The notes under the pieces: generated by a model
Seen by the model: only the letters and a program-made list of their open reading frames with translations
Told to the model about the DNA's origin: nothing
Databases searched by the model: none
Assembly (NCBI GenBank): GCA_963806575.1
Contig: CAWDYX010000020.1
Span: 14,816-78,815 of the forward strand
Origin: an uncultured Chloroflexia bacterium
Lineage (GTDB): Bacteria; Chloroflexota; Anaerolineae; Anaerolineales; Villigracilaceae
Length of the DNA: 64,000 bases
Reading direction: 5' to 3'
Made by a program: the position numbers and the translations under genes
Part shown: piece after piece, positions 20,427 through 28,798 of the stretch
Numbering within the stretch: the stretch's first letter is position 1
Layout of the letters: each line of letters starts with the position of its first letter

Positions 20427-20840
20427 ATGGGAATGAACGTTAAATTCAAGGATAAAGAGAGGAAAAGGCCGGAGATAAATCCCATCTGGCGCGGCATCGG
20501 CTTCATCCTCTTGATTGTTGTCCCGCTGGTAACTTTCGCCCTGACCGCCATCGCCGTTCCTCCCCTGGTAGCGACAGGATATGTCCCTAATCAACTTATG
20601 GGGCATATCAATTTCCCTGCCTGGGTCGCGCGCGTGCCTGTTCTTCGTGACATTGCCCACTTCATCTGGAGTTTCAACAACCTGGGTCTGGGCATCCTCG
20701 TGTTTATTGCTATCCTGGTCTTGCTGACGGGTATTTTCTCCCTGATCTACGTGGCGATTCTCCAGTACATCGGCCCGTCGCGTTACGCCGAAACAGATGC
20801 GCCTCCTTCGAAGCATAAAGGAAAGGTATATAAAAGGTAG
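20427..20840 (+). CDS. small 2-TM membrane protein, unknown function
   Basis: GAGGTG lies upstream of ATG 20427. Two hydrophobic helices and a basic C-terminal tail. It sits between the xdh-family subunit genes. Confidence 0.5.
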   Translation: MGMNVKFKDKERKRPEINPIWRGIGFILLIVVPLVTFALTAIAVPPLVATGYVPNQLMGHINFPAWVARVPVLRDIAHFIWSFNNLGLGILVFIAILVLLTGIFSLIYVAILQYIGPSRYAETDAPPSKHKGKVYKR

Positions 20841-20894
20841 ACAGCATAAAATTCCTGTGCATATCTTCCTTTATCCGTTCTGCCTCCGAAACAT

Positions 20895-23150
20895 ATGAAA
20901 TCCTCTATCGGTCAATCCGTCCCTCGCATCGATGCCCGTGATAAAGTCACCGGCGCAGCCGCGTATTCCGGCGATCTCACCCGCCCGGATATGCTGCATA
21001 TGAAGACCCTTTTCGCAGGGCGAGCGCATGCGCGCGTGATCAGCATCGACACCGCCCAGGCGCTGAAATTGCCTGGCGTAGTCGCTGTATTCACCGCCGC
21101 AGATGTCCCGGTCAACGAGTTTGGGCTGCAGTGGAAGGATCAGCCGGTGCTATGTGGACCTTCCCCCATCCTTTCCGCTCTGCCATCGGGACGTGTGCCC
21201 GTAAGGGTGGAGGGTTCAGGAGTGAGGGCGGATATCGTCCGCTGTGAAGGCGACCGGGTGGCGATCATCATCGCCGAAACGGAAGCCATTGCCGACAAGG
21301 CCCGCAACCTTGTTCGCGTAGGATTACATGGACTTGCCGGCCGTTTATGATGCGGCCGAGGCCATGCAGCCGGACGCGCCACGCCTGCACCCGGAGAGGG
21401 GCGATTCCAATATCTGCGTCTGGGACAAGATCCGTAAAGGCGAGGTGGAATCCGCTTTCGCCCGGGCGGATGTGATTGTCGAGGGCGAGTACCATACGCC
21501 TTACCAGGAACACGCCTATCTCCAGCCGGAGGCCGGGCTGGCTTATCTGGACGAGGCAGGCCGCATCACCGTGGCGTGCGGTGGTCAATGGACGCACACC
21601 GACCAGGAGCAGATTTCCCACGCCCTTGGCCTGCCCAACGAACAGGTGCGTGTCATTTACCCGGCCATCGGCGGCGCATTCGGCGGCCGGGAAGATATGT
21701 CCGTCCAAATCCTGCTGGCTTTGGCGGTCATGAAACTCAAACGCCCGGTCAAGATCGTCTGGAGCCGTAAAGAATCCATCGTCGGTCATGGCAAACGCCA
21801 TCCGATGACGCTCAAGACCAGATGGGCTGCCACCAAAGCTGGCAAGCTCCTGGCGGCCGAGACCACTGTCATCGCAGATGCCGGCGCTTACATGTACACC
21901 AGCAACAAGGTGCTCGGCAACTGCACCATCACCGCCACCGGCCCTTATTTTATTCCCAACGTCAAAGAGGACGTGATCGGTGTTTATACCAACAATGTCC
22001 CGACGGCGGCCTTCCGCGGGTTCGGCGCGCCCCAGGCTCTCTGGATGGCCGAACTCCAGATGGACAAACTGGCCGAAAAACTGGGCCTGGACCCGGTGGC
22101 GTTCCGCCACAGCAACGCCCTGCGGGATGGCGATACGCTCAATGTAGGCACCCCGGCTCCGGGCCCCGTCAGCATCGTGAAGTGCATCGAAGCGGCGCGC
22201 GATAAGTTTGGCTGGTCTGCCCCGAACTCTAAAGATCGGGCGCAGGCGGGCAAACGTCCTGGTTGGAGCGAGTCGTTGGCGAGGGGTCGAGGTTTCGCCT
22301 GTGGCTTCAAGAATGTCGGCTTCTCATTTGGCTACCAGGAAAACTCCTGGGCGCGCGTCGAACTGCACGGCAAGACAGTGATCGAGCGGGCTGTCGTCTG
22401 GCATGCCGGTGCGGAGGTCGGGCAGGGCGCGCATACCGTCATGGCTCAGATGGCCGCCGGGGCGCTGAACATCCCATTCGAGAAGGTGGCCATGGTCACG
22501 TCCGACTCGGCCAGGATGGGCAACCCCGGCAGTGCATCCGCTTCGCGCATGACCTTCATGTCGGGCAATGCCATCAAGGGCGCAGCCGAAGCGGCACTGG
22601 CCAAATGGAAAGCCGAGGAACGCCCGGCGGTGGCCGAGTACACCTACCTGGCCCCCAAAACAACCCCCTTCGACAAGGAGACCGGCTATTCGGTACCCAA
22701 CCTTTCCTACGCGTACGCCGCCCAGGCCGTGGAGGTTGAAGTGGACCTGGAAACCGGGTTTATCAAGATCCTGCGCGTGGTCTCGGCCAACGATGTCGGA
22801 CAGGCCATCAACCCGGCACTCGTCCAGGGACAGATCGAAGGCGCGGTGGTGCAGGCTGAGGGCTACGTCCTGACCGAAAACTTCATCACCAGGAACGGCC
22901 ATATCCTGACCGACCAGCTCAGTACCTATCTCATCCCAACCATTCTGGACATTCCGGATGCAGTTGAATCAGTCATCCTGGAAGTGGCTGAACCGAACGG
23001 ACCCTTTGGGCGCGCGGCCTGGGGGAACTGCCCTTCCTGCCGCTGGCTCCCGCCATCGCCGCGGCGGTCCATGATGCCACCGGCGTCTGGTTCAACGAGT
23101 TTCCATTGACTCCGGAGCGGGTGCTGCGCGGGCTGGGTAAAATCCAATAA
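20895..23150 (+). CDS. xanthine dehydrogenase family molybdopterin-binding subunit; frame broken twice
   Basis: ORF 20895..21350 (IDARDKVTGAAAYSGD...) continues into ORF 21328..23109 (DLPAVYD...QEHAYLQPEAG...). A third frame then gives the expected C-terminus GARGLGELPFLPLAPAIAAAVHDATGVWFNEFPLTPERVLRGL up to TAA 23148-23150. The breaks lie at about 21320-21335 and 23000-23015 (a G-run). Confidence 0.85.
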
Positions 23151-23863
23151 TGCTTCAGATTCTCTCCCGCCACAGATATAAACTGTTCGTTTTCGGGCTT
23201 CTGGCAAGCGCTTCGGCCATTTCCATCGCGCTGGCAACGGCCCGCATGGCCTACAGCAATACGAATGATTATTCAGCCCTGATCTGGAATCTGGGCCTTG
23301 CCTGGATCCCTTTCGTGTTCGCATCCATCGCCTATGTGGTTTCCTGGTCACGAAGACTGCTTTACCTGGTTGTGCCCGTGTGTGCCTTCATATGGCTGAT
23401 CTTTTTCCCCAATGCACCCTACATGCTGACGGATTTCCAGCACCTGACCACCACTGCCAACAACGCGCCGCTCTGGTATGACGTTCTCATGCTGGTCTGG
23501 TTTGCGTGGACGGGCCTGCTGCTGGGGTTGGTGTCCCTGCATTTCATGCAGGATATCGTCACACGCGCTTTTGGAAGGACCTACGGCTGGTTGTTCACCA
23601 TCATAGTTACCGCCTTGAGCAGCGTCGGGATCTTCCTGGGACGGTTCTATCGCTGGAACAGTTGGGACATTTTAGGCGACCCGATGCCTATTGCACAGGA
23701 CATTTGGGGGTGGTTGCGCAATCCCTTTGCGAATCTGCGCGTCTATGGGTTTACGCTTCTTTTTACCGTATTATTCCTATTTGTTTATCTCGCCATTCAT
23801 GCCTTCGGTCGGGTCATGCAGGAAAGACAACCCCAGGATAAAGCCGGGGAAAGGTCTGCTTGA
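23150..23863 (+). CDS. DUF1361-family membrane protein
   Basis: Polytopic protein with an FFPNAPYMLTDFQHL motif, as recalled for DUF1361. Its ATG overlaps the preceding stop (TAATG). Confidence 0.6.
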   Translation: MLQILSRHRYKLFVFGLLASASAISIALATARMAYSNTNDYSALIWNLGLAWIPFVFASIAYVVSWSRRLLYLVVPVCAFIWLIFFPNAPYMLTDFQHLTTTANNAPLWYDVLMLVWFAWTGLLLGLVSLHFMQDIVTRAFGRTYGWLFTIIVTALSSVGIFLGRFYRWNSWDILGDPMPIAQDIWGWLRNPFANLRVYGFTLLFTVLFLFVYLAIHAFGRVMQERQPQDKAGERSA

Positions 23864-24660
23864 TGATCCCACTCGACTATCACATCCATACCCGCTTCTC
23901 CGAAGATGGCCACGCTACCCTGGAAGCCATGTGCCTGCGGGCGATCGAGCTCGGTGTCCCGGAAATTGGTTTTTCCGAACACTGGGACGTCGGCCCGTAT
24001 GAAAAGAAGCCGCGCTATTACAAGCCCGAACCCTGGTACGCTGAGCTGGAGCGCTTGCGCGGCCTCTTCGCCGGGAAACTGGTTTTACTTGCCGGCATCG
24101 AAATTGCCGAGCCGCATCTGTATCCGCAGGAAACCGCCGAAGTACTTCAGCGGGCTCCATTCGACTATGTGATCGGTTCGGTCCATTTTGTTGGCAGGAA
24201 TTTCATGTTCCAGGGGGAGTATTTCCAGAATCACAGCGCCGACGAAGTCTTTGACGGTTATTTCGATGAACTGGGACGGATGGTCCGTACCGCCGACCTG
24301 GATATTGTCGCCCATTTCGATATACCGGCGCGTACCGGCATCCCCATTTTCGGTTACGACCCGCTCCGTTATGAAGAAAGAATCCGTTCCGTATTGAAGA
24401 CCTGTATCGAACGCAGCCTGGCCTTGGATGTGAATGTTTCCGGGCTGCGCAAGCCCGCCCGGAACATCATGCCCGATCCAGTCATCTTGAAATGGTACGC
24501 TGAAATGGGCGGGCAGCGCATCACCCTTGGCTCGGACGCACATCGCCTCCCGGAAGTGGCCCAGCATCTGGAAAAGGGCCTCGAAGCCGTCCGGGCAGCC
24601 GGGATCAACCGCATCACGCATTTCGAGCGAAGGCAGGCGCTGCTCCTGCCTCTGGAGTGA
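23860..24660 (+). CDS. PHP-family histidinol-phosphatase-like hydrolase
   Basis: N-terminal DYHIHTRFSEDG and later SEH / GSVH / GSDAH metal-ligand motifs. Confidence 0.75.
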   Translation: MMIPLDYHIHTRFSEDGHATLEAMCLRAIELGVPEIGFSEHWDVGPYEKKPRYYKPEPWYAELERLRGLFAGKLVLLAGIEIAEPHLYPQETAEVLQRAPFDYVIGSVHFVGRNFMFQGEYFQNHSADEVFDGYFDELGRMVRTADLDIVAHFDIPARTGIPIFGYDPLRYEERIRSVLKTCIERSLALDVNVSGLRKPARNIMPDPVILKWYAEMGGQRITLGSDAHRLPEVAQHLEKGLEAVRAAGINRITHFERRQALLLPLE

Positions 24661-24663
24661 CCT

Positions 24664-25464
24664 ATGCTTGTACTGATTCGCGGGGGCGGCGACCTGGCCA
24701 CCGGGGTCGCCCTCCGTCTCATACGTTCTGGTCTGCGCGTGGTGGTGACCGAGATCGCTCAGCCGCTGGCCGTGCGGCGTACCGTCGCCTTCGCTGAGGC
24801 GATCTATAACGGAGAAACCAGCGTCGAAGGCATGACCGCGCACCGCATCCCTGATCCGACCGACAGCTTCAGCATCCTGATGGTGCTCGGAAAGCAGCAA
24901 GTCCCGGTCCTGGTGGACCCGGATTGCTCTTCGGCAAAAACGCTGCATCCCCCGGTTATTGTGGATGCGCGCATGGCCAAGCGTGCGCCTGAGGCGATCG
25001 GCTATTCACCTGACATGTACATCGGATTGGGCCCCGGGTTCGAGGCAGGCGTGAACTGCCAGGCTGTCATCGAGACCCGCCGTGGTCCCATGCTCGGACG
25101 GGTATACTGGCGTGGGGGGCCGGAGCCGGATACCGGTCAGCCGGATGGCGACCCGGAGCGCGTCTTGCGCGCCCCGGCGGATGGTGAATTTATCGCCCAT
25201 ACCGAAATCGGCTGCCATCTCGTAGTTGGACAAGTCATCGCAGAAGTCGCCGGGCAATTGGTCACGGCCCCATTCCCGGGCGTTCTGCGCGGTTTGTTGC
25301 ATCCCGGGATGATAGTGAAAGAAGGCTTGAAGGTAGGTGATATCGACCCGAGGGATGACCCGCGTGTGTGCCAGTTCGTCTCGGACAAGGCCCTGTCGGT
25401 GGGTGGCGGGGTACTGGAGGCCATTTTGCACCGGTCGGAATTGCACGCGCAATTCTGGACCTAG
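24664..25464 (+). CDS. YqeB-family selenium-dependent molybdenum hydroxylase system protein
   Basis: N-terminus LIRGGGDLATGVALRLIRSGLRVVVTEIAQPLAVRRTVAFAEAIY and a length of about 266 aa match my recollection of the YqeB family. The context also fits. Confidence 0.6.
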   Translation: MLVLIRGGGDLATGVALRLIRSGLRVVVTEIAQPLAVRRTVAFAEAIYNGETSVEGMTAHRIPDPTDSFSILMVLGKQQVPVLVDPDCSSAKTLHPPVIVDARMAKRAPEAIGYSPDMYIGLGPGFEAGVNCQAVIETRRGPMLGRVYWRGGPEPDTGQPDGDPERVLRAPADGEFIAHTEIGCHLVVGQVIAEVAGQLVTAPFPGVLRGLLHPGMIVKEGLKVGDIDPRDDPRVCQFVSDKALSVGGGVLEAILHRSELHAQFWT

Positions 25465-25483
25465 CCATATTTTCAATTGGATA

Positions 25484-26836
25484 ATGCGACTCAAAGAAGC
25501 CATTCGTCTTTCGGATACAACCTGCCTGGCCCTTTCCGGCTCCGGAGGGAAGACTACCGCACTCTTCCAACTGGCACGCAGCCTGAGCGACGGGCTGGGC
25601 TCTTCACAACATGGAACCGTCGGGCGACCGGTCATTGTAACTGCCTCCACACACCTGCATATCGACCAGGTCAAATTGGCCGATTCGCATTGGATCGGGA
25701 CAGATCCGGCCGATCTGGCTGACCTCGAAAAAAACCTGCACGGAGTGATGCTCGTTACCGGCCCGGTGGACGGGGACCGGACCAGTGGTTTGAGCGAACC
25801 TGCGCTTGCACGGCTACGCGCAGTTGGTCAGCGCCATGCCCTGCCCATGCTGATCGAAGCTGATGGCTCCCGGCAGCATCCGCTCAAAGCTCCGGCGAAG
25901 CACGAACCACCCATCCCGGACTTCGTCGAGACGGTAATGGTTGTGGCCGGACTCTCCGGTCTTGGCAGGCCGCTCACCGAAGAATTCGTCCATCGGGCGG
26001 AGATCTTCGCTCAGCTAAGCGGCCTGGCGATCGGTGAAACCATCACACCTGAAGCGCTGGTGCGTGTCCTCACCCACCCTGCCGGCGGATTGAAAAACAT
26101 CCCGCCGCAGGCGCGCCGGCTGGTTTTACTGAACCAGGCTGACTCAGCAGAGTTACAGGCACAGGCAAAAAGCCTGGCTGAGAAGCTCCTGACAGCCTAC
26201 CAGTCCGTTGTGATCGCTTCGCTGGGGCGATCTCAAATTCACGCCGTTTACCAACCAGTCGCGGGGATTATCCTGGCAGCAGGCGAAGCCAAACGCTTCG
26301 GCCGGATGAAACAGCTCCTGGATTACCATGGAGATCCTTTTGTGCGAGCTGTGGCAAAGACTGCTCTGGCAAGCGGTCTTTCGCCGGTGGTGGCCGTCAC
26401 CGGGGCGAACGCCCAAATCGTGGAGATCGCTTTGCAGGGTTTACCGATAACCATAGCCCGCAATGCAGACTGGCAGAGCGGGCAAAGCAGCTCCATCCAG
26501 GCAGGCTTGCGCGCCTTGACCGGTCAGAGCGGTGCAGCAATTTTTCTGCTGGCCGACCAGCCACAGGTCACGCCGACCGTCATCCATGCTCTGACCGAGC
26601 AATACGCCCGTACCCTCGCGCCCATCCTGGCTCCGCTGGTTGCCGGCCAACGCGCCAATCCGGTTTTATTCGACCGCCAGACTTTCCCCGATTTGATGGC
26701 GCTTTCCGGCGATGTAGGCGGACGGGCCATTTTCAGCAAATATCAGATTGCTTACCTGCCATGGCAGGCTGAGGGGCTGTTGGTGGATGTGGATACCCCC
26801 GAGGATTTGCAAAGGCTAAGGGAGCAGGAAACGTGA
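25484..26836 (+). CDS. YqeC-like accessory domain fused to a MobA/MocA-like nucleotidyltransferase
   Basis: The N-terminus has a P-loop-like LALSGSGGKTTALFQLA (YqeC family). The C-terminal half is GIILAAGEAKRFGRMKQLL... (MobA-like NTP transferase). I placed the start at ATG 25484. Confidence 0.6.
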   Translation: MRLKEAIRLSDTTCLALSGSGGKTTALFQLARSLSDGLGSSQHGTVGRPVIVTASTHLHIDQVKLADSHWIGTDPADLADLEKNLHGVMLVTGPVDGDRTSGLSEPALARLRAVGQRHALPMLIEADGSRQHPLKAPAKHEPPIPDFVETVMVVAGLSGLGRPLTEEFVHRAEIFAQLSGLAIGETITPEALVRVLTHPAGGLKNIPPQARRLVLLNQADSAELQAQAKSLAEKLLTAYQSVVIASLGRSQIHAVYQPVAGIILAAGEAKRFGRMKQLLDYHGDPFVRAVAKTALASGLSPVVAVTGANAQIVEIALQGLPITIARNADWQSGQSSSIQAGLRALTGQSGAAIFLLADQPQVTPTVIHALTEQYARTLAPILAPLVAGQRANPVLFDRQTFPDLMALSGDVGGRAIFSKYQIAYLPWQAEGLLVDVDTPEDLQRLREQET

Positions 26837-27432
26837 TAAGAGGAATTTCTGCAATTTTGCTGGCCGCCGGGCAATCGCGGCGCATGGGCAAGCCCAAGCT
26901 GGTCCTTCCATGGGGGGATACTACCGTCCTTGGCCAGGTGGTGGCAAGTTTCGATGCGGCCGGGATTGAAGATATCCTGGTGGTAACGGGCGGAGCACGC
27001 AATCAGATAGAAGAATTGCTCGCACAGTTGGCAAAAACGCACCCGGTCCGGGCAATCTACAACCCGAACCACGAGCGTGGGGAAATGTTGAGCTCCATCC
27101 AGGCCGGACTGGTTGGGCTTGGTTCCGAGGCGCTCGCTGCCCTGATCGGTCTTGGTGACCAGCCGCAGGTCCGGGAAGAAACAATCAGGCGTATTTGTGA
27201 GGCCTTTTTCCAGACAGAAAGCCCCCTGGTCATCCCCAGTTTTCAGGGTCGCCGCGGCCATCCCTGGTTGGCAGCACGGTCGCTATGGCCGGAAATTCTT
27301 ACGCTTCCTGCTTCCTCCACGCCCCGCCAGTTCCTCAGTTCTCATGCCAGCCAGATCGAATACGTGGCGTCAGACGAGAGCGTCCTGAAGGATCTGGACA
27401 CACCGGAAGACTACCACCGCCAGCGACCTTAG
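26833..27432 (+). CDS. molybdenum cofactor cytidylyltransferase-like (MocA/MobA family)
   Basis: ISAILLAAGQSRRMGKPKLVLPW...LGDQP motifs. It overlaps the previous gene by 4 nt. Confidence 0.75.
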   Translation: MIRGISAILLAAGQSRRMGKPKLVLPWGDTTVLGQVVASFDAAGIEDILVVTGGARNQIEELLAQLAKTHPVRAIYNPNHERGEMLSSIQAGLVGLGSEALAALIGLGDQPQVREETIRRICEAFFQTESPLVIPSFQGRRGHPWLAARSLWPEILTLPASSTPRQFLSSHASQIEYVASDESVLKDLDTPEDYHRQRP

Positions 27433-27574
27433 GCCCTTGCCAATTCATCCATCCTATGCTATTTTTGATTTCGAGGAACCAATTAATGTCTCACGGGCCG
27501 AAAAATGGTATCGACCTCCTCAACCCGGTCAGCCATCCTGACCTGAAAAGGGCGATATAGAAGGTGCCTGGCGC

Positions 27575-28156
27575 ATGATGCTGCGGGCCTTCATAGCTTT
27601 GGAGATCCCTGCCGGGATCCAGAATGCCATCGCACAGAGCACGGCTTCCTTAAGGGTTGCCCTACCCAAACCGCTGGTGCGCTGGGCGGCATCACAGAAT
27701 GTCCATTTGACCCTTAAGTTCCTGGGGGATATATCGTCCACCAACCTGGAACACCTGGCCGAGAAACTCAAAATGGAAACCGTTTCTCACGAAATGTTTT
27801 CCATGTCCGTGGGCGGGCTTGGAGCATTCCCAACCGCGCGACGGGCGCGCGTGATCTGGGTCGGCCTCGAAGCCCCGACTGCTCTGGAAGCCCTGCAGCG
27901 CGGGGTGGAAGCAGCCGCAGCGCAAATGGGCTACGCGCCTGAAGAACGGCCGTTTTCTGCTCACCTGACAATTGGCCGCGTTGGGCAGAATGTCGCTGCC
28001 TCGGAAATGCAGCTCATTCGCAGCGCCCTTGAAGTTACCAAAGTTGGTACGCTGGGCACATTGCGGGTGGAGGCGGTATCCATCTTCAAAAGCGACCTGC
28101 AACCCGGCGGAGCGGTTTATACGCGTTTATACACTTTGCCGATGAAATCCATCTAG
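27575..28156 (+). CDS. thpR: RNA 2',3'-cyclic phosphodiesterase (2H family)
   Basis: Two HxTx motifs: HLTLKFLG and HLTIGRV. Confidence 0.85.
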   Translation: MMLRAFIALEIPAGIQNAIAQSTASLRVALPKPLVRWAASQNVHLTLKFLGDISSTNLEHLAEKLKMETVSHEMFSMSVGGLGAFPTARRARVIWVGLEAPTALEALQRGVEAAAAQMGYAPEERPFSAHLTIGRVGQNVAASEMQLIRSALEVTKVGTLGTLRVEAVSIFKSDLQPGGAVYTRLYTLPMKSI

Positions 28157-28230
28157 CATAGGCTGATTTTCCGAATACAAAGAGGTGACCTCTGGATACA
28201 CTTGAACTTGCGCATACCATTGTAAATGCC

Positions 28231-28536
28231 TTGGAAGATAAAAAAGGTGAAGATATTCTCCTGCTGGATATTAAAGAGATTGCTTCCTTCACGGATTACT
28301 TTGTCATCTGCACCGCCACCAGCAACCGCATGCTGAATGCCCTGGCGGATGGGGTGATCGAAAAAACACTCGAAGAGCACGAACGGAAAGGCAGAATCGA
28401 AGGGAAACCTGACGCCGGCTGGTTGGTCTTGGATTACGGCGATATTGTTGTCCATCTATTCGATGAGGATTTACGACATTACTATAGATTGGAAGAATTA
28501 TGGAAAGACGGGAAAGTATTATTGAGGGTGCAATGA
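28231..28536 (+). CDS. rsfS: ribosome silencing factor
   Basis: DKKGEDILLLDI...TDYFVICTATSNR...WLVLDYGDIVVHLF. Family-like sequence (LDTLELAHTIVNAL) continues in frame upstream to CTG 28192, so the TTG 28231 start is probably too short. Confidence 0.85.
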   Translation: MEDKKGEDILLLDIKEIASFTDYFVICTATSNRMLNALADGVIEKTLEEHERKGRIEGKPDAGWLVLDYGDIVVHLFDEDLRHYYRLEELWKDGKVLLRVQ

Positions 28537-28757
28537 ACAAGCTGACTGGAGCAAACATGGATATTGACCTGGCCACGCCTGCCAGCCAGATTTCCTGGCA
28601 CCAAGCAGAATGTCCGTGGAATGCACGGGAGGGTACCGATCATCACCGCTGTGCCGTCAAGAATATATCCATTTGCCCATATTTTTGCGGGGTGGAATAT
28701 CTGGATACACTCCTGTGCTGTTACCCCGAAGAAAATCCATACCGAAAAACCAGGTGA
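28533..28757 (+). CDS. hypothetical Cys/His-rich small protein
   Basis: Its ATG overlaps the rsfS stop (ATGA). 74 aa with 7 Cys. No family recognised. Confidence 0.35.
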   Translation: MNKLTGANMDIDLATPASQISWHQAECPWNAREGTDHHRCAVKNISICPYFCGVEYLDTLLCCYPEENPYRKTR

Positions 28758-28798
28758 TTGATTTCCCCTCCACCGAATCGGGGGGAGAATATCCTGGA

